Shown: positions 28,492 through 38,426, counted from the stretch's first letter. The stretch: 49,545 bases of DNA from an uncultured archaeon (GCA_964619365.1 CAZUDQ010000010.1:1-49545), one strand, 5' to 3'. The notes: a model not told the origin generated them from the sequence alone. Numbers and translations are program-made.

Positions 28492-30477
28492 ATGACAAAG
28501 ACTCTTGTTACATCGGCGCTCCCCTACGCTAATGGGGCAATGCATATAGGGCATGTCCGCTCGACTTACATACCTGCGGATATATACGTGCGTTTCCTTA
28601 GGTCACGGGGCGAGGATGTGAAGTTTGTCAGCGGAACAGACGAGCATGGAACGCCTATTGTCATCAAAGCAGAAGTTGAGGGAGTTTCGCCTAAGGTGAT
28701 TGCAGATAGGTATCACAAACTTATAGACGCAGACCTTAAGGGAATAGGGATTTCTTTTGATAACTTCTCCCAGACATCGCGCGAGCTCCATCATAAGACT
28801 GCCCAAGAGTTCTTTACGACCTTATCGGACAAAGGCCTTATATTTGAAAAAGAGGTAACCCAGCAATTCTGTCCCAACTGCAAGAGGTTTCTCCCTGATA
28901 GGTATGTTGTCGGGACCTGCACCCACTGTGGAAAAGATGCGCGCGGAGACCATTGCGAGAATTGTGGCAGGCATTTAGCGCAAGGCGAACTCACAAACGC
29001 GCGTTGCGCAAATTGCGGAGCCATCCCGGAGTCAAAAAATACGACACATTACTTCTTTAAGCTTTCAACATTCGGACCCAGACTAAAAGAGTATCTTGAG
29101 GATAACAAAGGCATATCAAGCAATGCGCGAAACTACGCGCTTTCCTGGATTCCTGAACTTACCGACTGGGATATAAGCCGAGAGCTCCCGTGGGGCGTTA
29201 AGATACCTGGAACAGAAGATAAAGTTACTTATGTCTGGTTTGATGCCCCCATTGCATATATCTCGTTTACAAAGGAACTTTTGCCTGAAGGCTGGAAGGA
29301 CTACTGGAAGTCAAAGGTTGTTCATTTCATTGGAAAAGACATCATCTACCACCACGCGCTTTTCTGGCCGGCAATGCTTATGGGACAGGGCGAGCTGCCA
29401 CCACCTGCTGCGCTTTGTGCAGGAGGCTTTATCACACTTGAAGGGGAGAAGATGTCAACATCCCGCAATCACGTCGTATGGATTAAGGATTATCTTGAAG
29501 CATTTCCCTCTGATTACCTAAGGTATTTCTTAATCTCAGCTGCGGCTCTTGACCAGGACATAGACTTTTCATGGCAGTCATTTGGCGAGAAGGTCAATTC
29601 AGAGCTTATTGGAAACTACGGCAATTTCATAAATCGTGCTCTTTCATTCTGCGCAAGCAAGTTTGACGGCAGGGTTCCTGAACTAACTAAACTCTCTTTA
29701 GAAGACGAGCAGATTATCAAGCAACTCCAAGACTCGCATGTCCGAGTCACTGAATTTTTAGAGAATTTCAACTTTATTGAGGCATTAAAGGAGATTATGG
29801 CGCTCTCGCGAGCAGGAAACGAGTACTTCCAGAAAAAGGAGCCCTGGAAAGACGGTGCGATAAGTCCTGAAAACACAATAAACTTATCAGTCAACCTTGC
29901 ACGCTCGCTCGCAATTATGGCAAGACCGTTCCTTCCGGATTCTTCAGCAAAGATTCTTGAGCAGATTAAAACTGCTGGTGAGTGGGATGACGCAAAAGAG
30001 CTGGGCTTAGAAGCAGGCCACGAGATATCAAAACCCTCACCAATATTCTTAAAAATAGAACAGGCAGACATCAACAAGCAGATTGAAAAACTAAAGAAAA
30101 AGGAAAAAGCAAAAATGGAATGCACGTGCAATAGTGAGGAAACGGAGGCAAAAGAACAAATAACATTTGAAGATTTCGAGAAGCTTGATTTAAGAGTAGC
30201 CCAAATCAAGGAAGCAAACCCGCATCCAAATGCAGATAAACTTATCGTCCTAAAGATTGATGTCGGCGGAGAAGAGCGCCAGATAGTTGCGGGAATCAAG
30301 GCAAGCTACGAGCCTGAAGAGCTTGTTGGAAAAAAGATTGTAATAATTGCAAACCTAAAACCCGCCAAAATAAGGGGCGTTGAGTCACAAGGCATGCTTC
30401 TTGCCGCAGGATGTAAATCTGGATGTTCTGTTCTCACACCTGACAAGGAAGTCGAGTCTGGCGAGATTGTAGGGTAA
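28492..30477 (+). CDS. metG: Methionine--tRNA ligase with C-terminal tRNA-binding domain
   Basis: TSALPYANG, HIGH, zinc knuckles, YVWFDA, KMSTS, C-terminal OB fold (RGVESQGMLL). Confidence 0.98.
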   Translation: MTKTLVTSALPYANGAMHIGHVRSTYIPADIYVRFLRSRGEDVKFVSGTDEHGTPIVIKAEVEGVSPKVIADRYHKLIDADLKGIGISFDNFSQTSRELHHKTAQEFFTTLSDKGLIFEKEVTQQFCPNCKRFLPDRYVVGTCTHCGKDARGDHCENCGRHLAQGELTNARCANCGAIPESKNTTHYFFKLSTFGPRLKEYLEDNKGISSNARNYALSWIPELTDWDISRELPWGVKIPGTEDKVTYVWFDAPIAYISFTKELLPEGWKDYWKSKVVHFIGKDIIYHHALFWPAMLMGQGELPPPAALCAGGFITLEGEKMSTSRNHVVWIKDYLEAFPSDYLRYFLISAAALDQDIDFSWQSFGEKVNSELIGNYGNFINRALSFCASKFDGRVPELTKLSLEDEQIIKQLQDSHVRVTEFLENFNFIEALKEIMALSRAGNEYFQKKEPWKDGAISPENTINLSVNLARSLAIMARPFLPDSSAKILEQIKTAGEWDDAKELGLEAGHEISKPSPIFLKIEQADINKQIEKLKKKEKAKMECTCNSEETEAKEQITFEDFEKLDLRVAQIKEANPHPNADKLIVLKIDVGGEERQIVAGIKASYEPEELVGKKIVIIANLKPAKIRGVESQGMLLAAGCKSGCSVLTPDKEVESGEIVG

Positions 30478-30513
30478 TCCTAAAGTAAAATAAGGGCAAA
30501 AGAATAAATAGTT

Positions 30514-30540
30514 GCAGGCCGTAAATCGACCTGCTTTTTT
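30514..30540. terminator. Hairpin plus T-run between convergent metG and the Yip1-like gene
   Basis: GCAGGCCG-TAAAT-CGACCTGC-TTTTTT. Confidence 0.5.
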
Positions 30541-30558
30541 CAAAAAATAAAAGTTTCC

Positions 30559-31224
30559 TTAGTACGTAAAGTAACTGCCGCTATATCCGCCGCCATAAGC
30601 TCCGAGAGCAGATTTTGTTGCCGCTAGGTTATTTGCGTACTGCATGGCATTGCCCCAGATAAGGGAAGTTATTATTGCACCCTCAATAAGTCCGATTACA
30701 AACGAGACGATTATAAAGAGGATTATTGCAAGTACAGTAAACCCTAGTGCTGCGTTCTTTCCGAATCTCAATCCGCTACCCATGAAGAGTAACCAGGCCA
30801 CATAGATTAGTGCAACAAAGCCGATTGCTGCCGAAACAAGCGCAAGACCGATTCCAAGACCAGCTATAATCTCAGTTATAAAACCGATTATTATGGCTGG
30901 TGTTGCGGCGTAGCCGACAACTGTTGTCGCTTCTTCAAAACTGAGTTTCTTTCCAACAATACCTGAGCCAAAAGCGCTCAAAGCAAATCCCGTTCCAAGA
31001 ACGACAATCACCCATGTTACAAGTGCGAATATACCTGAGACAACGCCCCACGTAAGTCCGCCCCATCCTATAGCTCCTCCGATTATGCTACCAATAAGTG
31101 GCAAAAGCCCAAGAAGGATGACATACATTGCCATCTGGCCAACACTCCTTTGCGGAACTGACGCAAGGAACTGTGGCGCACTTGTCGGACTACAGCACTT
31201 AACTGCATCATCAACTAGTGACAT
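30559..31224 (-). CDS. Yip1-family membrane protein
   Basis: N-terminal SPTSAPQF, about 5 TMs, VVGYAATP motif. Confidence 0.75.
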   Translation of the reverse strand: MSLVDDAVKCCSPTSAPQFLASVPQRSVGQMAMYVILLGLLPLIGSIIGGAIGWGGLTWGVVSGIFALVTWVIVVLGTGFALSAFGSGIVGKKLSFEEATTVVGYAATPAIIIGFITEIIAGLGIGLALVSAAIGFVALIYVAWLLFMGSGLRFGKNAALGFTVLAIILFIIVSFVIGLIEGAIITSLIWGNAMQYANNLAATKSALGAYGGGYSGSYFTY

Positions 31225-31318
31225 TTTATTATTTTCCTATTTTATTTTAAAGTAGGTTTATTAACCGTATTAAAAACTGGAGAGGGAATAAAAATTAAAA
31301 CAAGCAATTAATCTGCGG

Positions 31319-31519
31319 TTAAGCGTATTTGCTGAATTTTTCGTGTTGGTCGTCAATGCCTTTTTTTACTCGCTTTTTCTGCGCTTCCCAAAAATCCTTG
31401 TCATTTACTTTATTGGATGGCAGACGAATGGGAACCGCCCTGGATTCAGGAGGGTATTGAACATATACGGGGGCGCGTGTCTGTTGCTTCTTTCCAAATA
31501 GAAATGACCATAATCCCAT
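31319..31519 (-). CDS. Small hypothetical protein
   Basis: 66 aa; MGLWSFLFG amphipathic start; TAATG overlap with the upstream ORF. Confidence 0.6.
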   Translation of the reverse strand: MGLWSFLFGKKQQTRAPVYVQYPPESRAVPIRLPSNKVNDKDFWEAQKKRVKKGIDDQHEKFSKYA

Positions 31520-31950
31520 TACGAAACGTTTTCTTTATTATCAAAATTGACCCCAAGAAAGTTAAAGAACTTCTTTGCACGCGAGTCCCCTTGATGTTGG
31601 CATAATGCACTATTTTCAGTTGTCCCGGGAAGCATGAGTTCACCCCCTTCCGGGACTATCTTTGAAAGACGAAGAAAGTGTTCGTCTGCGATATGTGATG
31701 CGTGATCAAGGAGGGAATCCATCTTTTGTTTTTGATTGATACTTATCTTCCCGCTACGATAGAGGTTTGCGATTTGGCGCCTGAAGTTTGCCCTCTGCTT
31801 TGGTGAGAACTCACGACGAACGTGATTTTGCATCTCAATGGCCTCAATTGTACTTATCCCCTCTTTATGGGCGCGGCTGACGAATTCGTCCACCATCGAG
31901 ATTTTTGTCTCAAGGTGTTCTTCAAGCCGAGTAAATTCTTTTTCGTCCAT
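31519..31950 (-). CDS. Hypothetical protein
   Basis: 143-aa ATG ORF tightly coupled to both neighbours. Confidence 0.65.
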   Translation of the reverse strand: MDEKEFTRLEEHLETKISMVDEFVSRAHKEGISTIEAIEMQNHVRREFSPKQRANFRRQIANLYRSGKISINQKQKMDSLLDHASHIADEHFLRLSKIVPEGGELMLPGTTENSALCQHQGDSRAKKFFNFLGVNFDNKENVS

Positions 31951-31952
31951 TT

Positions 31953-32291
31953 TTACTTATGCCTCATTCTCATAGGCGTTTTTCTAATAAAATGATTAAC
32001 GGGCACGCGGCCACCCATAACATCGATTGCTCCAGTGAATGCTCCATGCATCCCGTCAGCACCCCACACTTGTCTCTTTGAGTAGTCAATGCGTCCCGCC
32101 TGGTAAGCTGTTATACCATGTTCCCTTAAGTGCAATGGGACCTCGTTCATACGAGGCCTTATGGTCTTACCGCCGAACTTAAAGAAACCTCTTGACCCTG
32201 GCGTGCGAGCCTTTCCATGCAAAGGGAGGCCTGATATCTGTGATTTTCGCATATTGCGTTTTGGTGGTGGTCGTTCTTTTGGGCGGATCAT
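31953..32291 (-). CDS. Basic (Arg/Lys/Pro-rich) hypothetical protein
   Basis: 112-aa ATG ORF, first of three coupled genes. Confidence 0.6.
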   Translation of the reverse strand: MIRPKERPPPKRNMRKSQISGLPLHGKARTPGSRGFFKFGGKTIRPRMNEVPLHLREHGITAYQAGRIDYSKRQVWGADGMHGAFTGAIDVMGGRVPVNHFIRKTPMRMRHK

Positions 32292-32417
32292 TTCTAAAGC
32301 ATTAGTTTTTCAGATATGGAGATAAAAAATGTCATGGGCGGTATTTTTATTCATTGCTCCCTTTATTTTACTGAGTTTATCGCGTGGGTGGCACGATGAG
32401 CTAAATGAATAATCGAA

Positions 32418-33542
32418 ATGGATTTATCAGGTTCGTCAAAAGCAGATGCATATGCCAAGCGCAGAATGCTAATGGTTTTACTCATAATTGTCGCAATAGC
32501 AGTCGTTAGCGCAATTCTTGCTATCAGCTCGCCGAATGTCAACCAAACTCCAGTAAAAAACAATAGCGATTCTAGTTCCCCATACGCCCCGCCCCCAGTG
32601 TATGAAAAAGAGAAGGAAGTAGTAATAGTAGAAGACGACGGGAAAAAAGAAATAATCATAATTGAAGACGAGCCAGAGATTATATGCATACTCCCACCGT
32701 TTCCTGAACTTGGCTGCCTAAAAGACAATCCCCCGCCAAATATCTTTGATGCATACGGCATGAGGACGATTGATGACAACGTAGACGACATGATTGAAGA
32801 AGTCGAAGACGAATGTGTCACCGAGCCTATTCCTGACACTCAGTGTATAATCGACACCACACTTGTCAAGTCAGAAGGCTCCTGGGCATGTGAGTGGGAC
32901 TGCCTTGAAGATATGGACTCCTGTATAATATACAAGACGCACCTTGCAGTCGCCGTCCTTAGGCAGTTTGTCCCGCCAACTGATGTTTTTGTCGGACGTA
33001 CAGACGATTATGATTATTATATACTATACCTAGATTATTCACAAGGTTCTGACGGGTGGATGATACAACAGCCACATTACATAGGTCGTGAGGACAAGGT
33101 AAGAAAGGATACAGTATCTCTTTATAACGATGTTTATTATGCGGGCGTTATTGACGATGTTGTCTTCCCGGATATATTCCACGTTGACCTTAGCGACGAT
33201 AATCCACAATTCTGTTTTGATGTCCCATCAGACGAGTCTTGTGCCTGCGAAGTTGATATAGGGACATTTACAGTAGGTGAATGCCCCCAGCTTCCAGCAG
33301 ACCTACGTGGAATCTGTGATGAGACTGTCGATTATGTTTATATCAACCCGGGCAACAACAGAATATGTTTTGAGGTTTCAGAAGATGCTGAAGAAGAGCT
33401 TTACACTTATAAGTTTGACCTGACAAGCGGAGAAGACCACTATTATGTTGGTGGCGCTCTTGTCACAACACGGAGTTATGACTGTTGTGTTGATGCATCT
33501 TTTGAAGGATTCATAGAAATAACAGACGACGAAGACGATTGA
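32418..33542 (+). CDS. Membrane-anchored acidic Cys-rich extracellular protein
   Basis: 374 aa; N-terminal TM; Asp/Glu-rich; many Cys. Confidence 0.8.
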   Translation: MDLSGSSKADAYAKRRMLMVLLIIVAIAVVSAILAISSPNVNQTPVKNNSDSSSPYAPPPVYEKEKEVVIVEDDGKKEIIIIEDEPEIICILPPFPELGCLKDNPPPNIFDAYGMRTIDDNVDDMIEEVEDECVTEPIPDTQCIIDTTLVKSEGSWACEWDCLEDMDSCIIYKTHLAVAVLRQFVPPTDVFVGRTDDYDYYILYLDYSQGSDGWMIQQPHYIGREDKVRKDTVSLYNDVYYAGVIDDVVFPDIFHVDLSDDNPQFCFDVPSDESCACEVDIGTFTVGECPQLPADLRGICDETVDYVYINPGNNRICFEVSEDAEEELYTYKFDLTSGEDHYYVGGALVTTRSYDCCVDASFEGFIEITDDEDD

Positions 33543-33605
33543 ATAAACGAAGTTCTCTCTTGTTTTGTTAAGCTAAAAGAACAAGTGGGTTCTGTACTAT
33601 TCCCT

Positions 33606-34304
33606 TTAGTCTCGTAATACTTCCTTTGGTATCTTGCCTTCATAAAGCGCTTTACCAAGTATACAACAATGAAGTCCTAATGTCTCAAGCGTCTTTATGT
33701 CCTCTTCGCTGCTTATGCCCCCTGAAGCACATAGAAGCGCATCAATCATGGCGAGTTTTGAGAATTCATCAACGTCAATACCCTCCATTTTTCCTTCTTT
33801 ATCAACGTCTGTAATAAGGAAACAGTAACAGTAGGGTTTTAGCTCATCTATAAGCTCTGCAGTAAAGAGACCACTACCATCTTTCCATCCATGGGTCAAA
33901 ATCTCCCCACCTCTGGAATCAAGTGCGATGATTATATGTTCGGGACCGACATCCTTTGCAAACATCTTGACAACTTCAGGTTCATTTACCGCCATCGAGC
34001 CGATTATGACGCGTGCGAAGCCCGCATCAAGAACCTCTTTAGCATGTTCTATTGAACGAACGCCGCCGCCAAACTGGCAGGGGATATTCACTTCCTGCAC
34101 AATCCTTTTTGCTATTGCAAAATTCTCACCGTCATCACCTATCGCAGCGTCAAGGTCGATTACATGAAGGCATTTTGCACCTTCCTTTTCCCATTTCTTT
34201 GCGATTTCAACAGGATCCCCGTAGTATTTTTCGGTTCCTGGAGCGCCCCCAATAAGCTGGGCGCATTTGCCGTCTCTAATGTCTACAGCCGGTATTATAT
34301 TCAT
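33606..34304 (-). CDS. hisA: ProFAR isomerase HisA
   Basis: IIPAVDIRDGK, LHVIDLDAA, FGGGVRS, TDVDKEG, ASGGISS, GKALYEG. Confidence 0.93.
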   Translation of the reverse strand: MNIIPAVDIRDGKCAQLIGGAPGTEKYYGDPVEIAKKWEKEGAKCLHVIDLDAAIGDDGENFAIAKRIVQEVNIPCQFGGGVRSIEHAKEVLDAGFARVIIGSMAVNEPEVVKMFAKDVGPEHIIIALDSRGGEILTHGWKDGSGLFTAELIDELKPYCYCFLITDVDKEGKMEGIDVDEFSKLAMIDALLCASGGISSEEDIKTLETLGLHCCILGKALYEGKIPKEVLRD

Positions 34305-34422
34305 TTTTTACTAGATTAGATATTATCCCTTATAAAACTTATTGGTATTATTCTAGCTTTTTAAAGCTTAAACTATAATTTAGAATGAAAAAACCACAAA
34401 ATATGGTTAAAACCCAACCAAA

Positions 34423-34719
34423 ATGGATCTTATGAACAAAAAAGGCCAAACGGCCCTAGAATACCTACTTATTGTTGTTGTGGCAATTATAGTTGTCGTC
34501 GCGGTGATGGTATGGATGAACGCTACTACAAGTGAAGCAATAACTACGACTACAGGTCAAGTAAATGTAGCTCTTTGCCGCGCAGTATCATGTACGGCTG
34601 ATGCTGATTGTCCGGTAGATCTTGTAGCTGGAGCAGCAACCTGCGGTACTGCCGCGACGTGTGTTGGTACAAGCAATATTGGTTCGACTACAATACCAGG
34701 TCACTGTGAGCCGGCATAA
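34423..34719 (+). CDS. Class III signal-peptide pilin with six-Cys C-terminal domain; likely the major pilin
   Basis: KKG|QTALEYLL plus hydrophobic helix; first gene of the locus, followed by its own terminator. Confidence 0.9.
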   Translation: MDLMNKKGQTALEYLLIVVVAIIVVVAVMVWMNATTSEAITTTTGQVNVALCRAVSCTADADCPVDLVAGAATCGTAATCVGTSNIGSTTIPGHCEPA

Positions 34720-34770
34720 GCCCGGTTCACATCTATTCTCTTTTCTTTTTTAATTTTTTCTTTATTTTCA
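34706..34770 (+). terminator. Hairpin plus long T-rich tract after the first pilin
   Basis: GTGAGCCGG-7nt-CCGGTTCAC, then TCTCTTTTCTTTTTTAATTTTTT. Confidence 0.6.
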
Positions 34771-34780
34771 TTATCTTAAA

Positions 34781-35017
34781 ATGCGCTATAAAGGTCAAAC
34801 GGCCCTTGAATACCTCCTTATAGTTGTCGTCTTACTTGTCGTAGTCGTACTTGCAGTAGTCCTTACACAGAATATCGGCGAGAGTGTAGTTGGTGATATG
34901 AATGAGACTGTAGGGAACACAGAGTGCGGACTTACGCGATGCAATGGACCCTCTGATTGTATTGCTGCTTGCGGAGACGGGGCTGATTGTATTGCAGGGA
35001 TTTGCTGGATTGACTAA
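34781..35017 (+). CDS. Class III signal-peptide pilin with six-Cys domain
   Basis: YKG|QTALEYLL; CGLTRCNGPSDCIAACGDGADCIAGIC. Confidence 0.9.
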   Translation: MRYKGQTALEYLLIVVVLLVVVVLAVVLTQNIGESVVGDMNETVGNTECGLTRCNGPSDCIAACGDGADCIAGICWID

Positions 35018-35057
35018 CTTGCCCTAAGATTTATTAATCTCCTTCCATTAATTCCTT

Positions 35058-35339
35058 ATGTATAGAGCCGTCAATAATGCGCGCGGGCAAACCGCTCTTG
35101 AGTATCTTCTTCTAACAACTGTGTCACTTGTTTTGATTCTTGGCGTCCTTATCTGGTCTCAAAGCCAAGTTGAAAGTGCAGGAAGCTCAATAGAATCAAG
35201 CAGCGGGCCTGTAACAATAGGCATATGCCGAGCCGTTCCTTGTTACACGGAACTTGAATGCGACATTTCAGATGAGTGCAGTACTCTTGATGCAAATTGC
35301 GTCATGGGGTTTTGCTCGCCGCCTGAACCAACTGAATGA
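35058..35339 (+). CDS. Class III signal-peptide pilin with six-Cys domain
   Basis: ARG|QTALEYLL; CRAVPCYTELEC..C..CVMGFC. Confidence 0.9.
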   Translation: MYRAVNNARGQTALEYLLLTTVSLVLILGVLIWSQSQVESAGSSIESSSGPVTIGICRAVPCYTELECDISDECSTLDANCVMGFCSPPEPTE

Positions 35340-35369
35340 TTTATTAAGAAAATACGCTTAATTTACACA

Positions 35370-35555
35370 ATGAAGCCAATCTTTAAGAACAGAAAAGGCC
35401 AAACGGCTCTTGAATACCTCCTTATGATAGCAATAGTCCTGGCTCTTTTGGTTCTTGTCATCTCGATGACTCAGTATGTGGAGGAAATCGGTGTTGGCAT
35501 AGGTGGGACTCTTGAGGCCTCACGAGTACAGGTAATTGACTGGCTTCTCATATGA
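35370..35555 (+). CDS. Minimal (Flp-like) class III signal-peptide pilin, Cys-free
   Basis: RKG|QTALEYLL; 61 aa. Confidence 0.85.
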   Translation: MKPIFKNRKGQTALEYLLMIAIVLALLVLVISMTQYVEEIGVGIGGTLEASRVQVIDWLLI

Positions 35556-36285
35556 TTCTTTTGATAAAATGGAAGTAACTAGCACCTTGCGCATACTCCG
35601 CGCAGGGGCGATTTCATTTGTCCTTGCAAGTCTTGCAATATTTTTTGCATATTATATTTTTCCACAACAGGCATCAATCCTTGCAATAACCTTTGTTGTA
35701 ATAGCACTAACGCCATTACTTTACGATGCAACACGCGATGAGGAAAAGATAGTCGAGAAATGCGGAGTCGGTTTCATTGAGCGTTACAGTAATATTGTGG
35801 AATCCATGCTTGTCATCTCGATAGGCATATTTCTCGCATACTTAATTTGGGGCGCCCTTCTCCCACCTGGATCTCCAGATGGGGTATGTACAGGTTCTTT
35901 GCCATGTAGTTCTGCAATATTCCTCCTGCAGGGTGAGGCCGCAATAGCAACACGGGGCGTTTTTGAAGCCTTGGCACTTGTCGGATTTTCGTTTTTCCTT
36001 TCACTTTTCTTAGGAGCTGGCGCCTTACTCATAATCACCTGGGACTTATCCTCACTTATTGTGCGCTCGGCAATTGGTCCGCTTGCATTTTTTGCTTACT
36101 TGCCACAACTTTTCGGTTTCTTTTTAGCAGGTCTTGCAGGCGCACTTCTATCATTTGCAATACTCTCCCATGACTTTAAAAGTCCAGGTTTTAGACATGT
36201 TATAAGCGATTCGTTCCTCCTACTGGGTCTCTCCATAGTACTTGTCATATTAGGAGCATTTTTTAGCGGGCTTACTTTAACTTAA
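35536..36285 (+). CDS. SpoIIM-like membrane protein; alternative ATG 35569
   Basis: Multi-TM; FLSLFLGAGALLIITW and FFLAGLAGALLS resemble archaeal SpoIIM-like proteins. Confidence 0.65.
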   Translation: MTGFSYDSFDKMEVTSTLRILRAGAISFVLASLAIFFAYYIFPQQASILAITFVVIALTPLLYDATRDEEKIVEKCGVGFIERYSNIVESMLVISIGIFLAYLIWGALLPPGSPDGVCTGSLPCSSAIFLLQGEAAIATRGVFEALALVGFSFFLSLFLGAGALLIITWDLSSLIVRSAIGPLAFFAYLPQLFGFFLAGLAGALLSFAILSHDFKSPGFRHVISDSFLLLGLSIVLVILGAFFSGLTLT

Positions 36286-36303
36286 ACGGGTGTTTGACAG
36301 CAA

Positions 36304-36846
36304 ATGAAATCAAGACGCGGGCAGATGACTTTGGAGTTTGCAGTCATGCTGATGGTTGTAATAAGCATTTTTGCCTACGTTACGATACCCGCCAGCGAAG
36401 TTTCACGCGCAACAATATCGGGTGTCGGGACAAGTGCCCTGGCAAGAAAAGCGGTAGATTCAATAGTACAAAAGGCAAATGTTGTGGGGATAAGCGGTGA
36501 GGGCGCGCGCGGCGCAGTAAAGATAACACCCGCTTCGACATTTAAATTATTTTCCATAACGGGTGGACGTAACCTGAGCGCAAGTTTTGAAATTCCAAGC
36601 AGCGCCGAACTCTATGATTTAGAGGGCACAGAACTTTACGCTCTTGTGACGCCATCGATATCAGAATACACTCGTGAGGCGGATTTTGATATTTCAGGCG
36701 ACCTTTCCAGTCTTGCACCCCTAAGCTCGGCACAGACATATTGTGTCTGTATGGAAAACAGCGGCGGCGTTGTTGAACTGGAGACTATGAAATATGGGCC
36801 ATGGGGGTGTGACTGCACTGATGTTTACGGGATAGCAAAGAACTAA
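36304..36846 (+). CDS. Class III signal-peptide minor pilin
   Basis: RRG|QMTLEFAV; later GISGEGA motif. Confidence 0.85.
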   Translation: MKSRRGQMTLEFAVMLMVVISIFAYVTIPASEVSRATISGVGTSALARKAVDSIVQKANVVGISGEGARGAVKITPASTFKLFSITGGRNLSASFEIPSSAELYDLEGTELYALVTPSISEYTREADFDISGDLSSLAPLSSAQTYCVCMENSGGVVELETMKYGPWGCDCTDVYGIAKN

Positions 36847-36849
36847 AGA

Positions 36850-37572
36850 ATGAAAGTGATTAAGAACAAGCGCGGGCAACTCGCAATCGAAGCTTCAATA
36901 ATACTTGTCATTCTTGTTGACATACTCCTCCTATTCTGGTTAAACGGTCCCTTGCAGGAAGCAGAAGAAAGCTGGACTGATGTCAATGCAGTGGCTCTAG
37001 GGCAAAACTCGCTTTTGCAAATTGCATCGGCTGTAAGGGAAGTGAATCTGGGTGGTATTGGTGCAAAACAGGATTTCATGATTCATATACCCTTTAACAC
37101 AGTTGATATACAAGACGGAGACGGCTCAGGGACGTATTCTGTAAACGAGACTTTAGAGGGACGACTTTTAGGAAAAGGACCATTTAAAAACGGACCTTAT
37201 GTTAACCTAACACTAATAACTTACAGGCCGGCAGGAGACTTGACTGTTCCATTTACCGTAAACGAAAATGGCGAGTTTTACACAGGGTCTGACAGTATAC
37301 AGACTCCGTTTTATGCAATAACTTTAGTCCAGGGTATTGACGCCCCCCTTGAGAACTTTCCCTTATGTGCCATAAAGGAAAACGCATCTGAAGCAAGGAC
37401 CGGCCTTACAAGGTTCTACTTTGCAACAGAAGACGGTCAAAGGGACATAAAATTCTGTTCTGAAGCAGGGTTTAATGTATTTTTATATCTTGACAAGACT
37501 CCCTTTTACACAATGAGGATGCTCCCGCGCCATTATTACACACTTCCAGAAAACTGGGACATAAAACTATGA
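36850..37572 (+). CDS. Class III signal-peptide minor pilin
   Basis: KRG|QLAIEASI; IASAVREVNLGGIGA. Confidence 0.85.
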   Translation: MKVIKNKRGQLAIEASIILVILVDILLLFWLNGPLQEAEESWTDVNAVALGQNSLLQIASAVREVNLGGIGAKQDFMIHIPFNTVDIQDGDGSGTYSVNETLEGRLLGKGPFKNGPYVNLTLITYRPAGDLTVPFTVNENGEFYTGSDSIQTPFYAITLVQGIDAPLENFPLCAIKENASEARTGLTRFYFATEDGQRDIKFCSEAGFNVFLYLDKTPFYTMRMLPRHYYTLPENWDIKL

Positions 37573-38054
37573 CAAAAAGTAATTTATCTCGGAAAGGGCA
37601 GCTTTCATTCGACCTTGCCTTTGCTGTAATCCTGATAGTTATCATCGCAAGTGGTATGATAATATATTTCAATTCCTCAAATGAGGCCTTAAGGTACCCG
37701 ACTGCGGCAGCTGCCGCGACTTCAGCCTGTCAGAGTGTGGCATCAAGTGTATCAGCTCTTGCAAATAGTGTAGACAGCACAAAAACAGTTCAGGTTTCAT
37801 ATGCAACAGTTGAGATTCCAAGCGATTTTCTCTCTTCTGACCCCACTAACATCTATAGTGCCGTCAACTCTTATACTCTGGCGATTTCAGGCGATACAAT
37901 AAGCTGCACGTCCCTTCTTTCAGATTCGCAGGTGATAATGGAACTCGGATTTTCTCCTTGTGACTCAGCAATAACACTTATCCCTGGCGACACATTAGTC
38001 CTTCACTGGAACGCGACAAGTTCTGGACGCTTCAAATGCTCAAAATTAACATGA
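37569..38054 (+). CDS. Class III signal-peptide minor pilin
   Basis: RKG|QLSFDLAF; ATGA coupling. Confidence 0.85.
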   Translation: MTKSNLSRKGQLSFDLAFAVILIVIIASGMIIYFNSSNEALRYPTAAAAATSACQSVASSVSALANSVDSTKTVQVSYATVEIPSDFLSSDPTNIYSAVNSYTLAISGDTISCTSLLSDSQVIMELGFSPCDSAITLIPGDTLVLHWNATSSGRFKCSKLT

Positions 38055-38425
38055 AAACCTTAAGAATATCAAAAAAGGGCCAAATGGCAATGGAGTCGCT
38101 TTTTACAGTCCTTTTTATCATAACTGCAACAGGTGGGATATTCCAGGCTGCGCTTTTTGAGAATTTGGCAATAGATACTATGGCAAGCTCACGCGCCCTA
38201 CTTGAGGCTGCTGCAACCGAGATGACGATATTAGGGTATAAAACACACTTAGTACGATTGGATTATAATGTCTCAACAGGACTTCCTGATGTCTATGTTT
38301 TTTCAGAGGATTGCAGTAAATTCAGACAGACGCTAGCAGAACACTACTCCTCAGGTAGTTTGGACTCAGGTGAAAACGAATTTATATGTTCAGAAGAGAT
38401 TTATGCGAACAAATTCAGGTTTTAA
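38051..38425 (+). CDS. Class III signal-peptide minor pilin
   Basis: KKG|QMAMESLF; start reassigned to the ATGA overlap at 38051. Confidence 0.85.
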   Translation: MKTLRISKKGQMAMESLFTVLFIITATGGIFQAALFENLAIDTMASSRALLEAAATEMTILGYKTHLVRLDYNVSTGLPDVYVFSEDCSKFRQTLAEHYSSGSLDSGENEFICSEEIYANKFRF

Positions 38426-38426
38426 G

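Noticed and set aside
29616-30299. Long antisense ORFs (this one, 11265-11786, 32363-32839, 40644-41135, 47204-47740, 48651-49256 and others)
   Set aside because: Shadow frames of well-supported genes on the opposite strand, with no motifs
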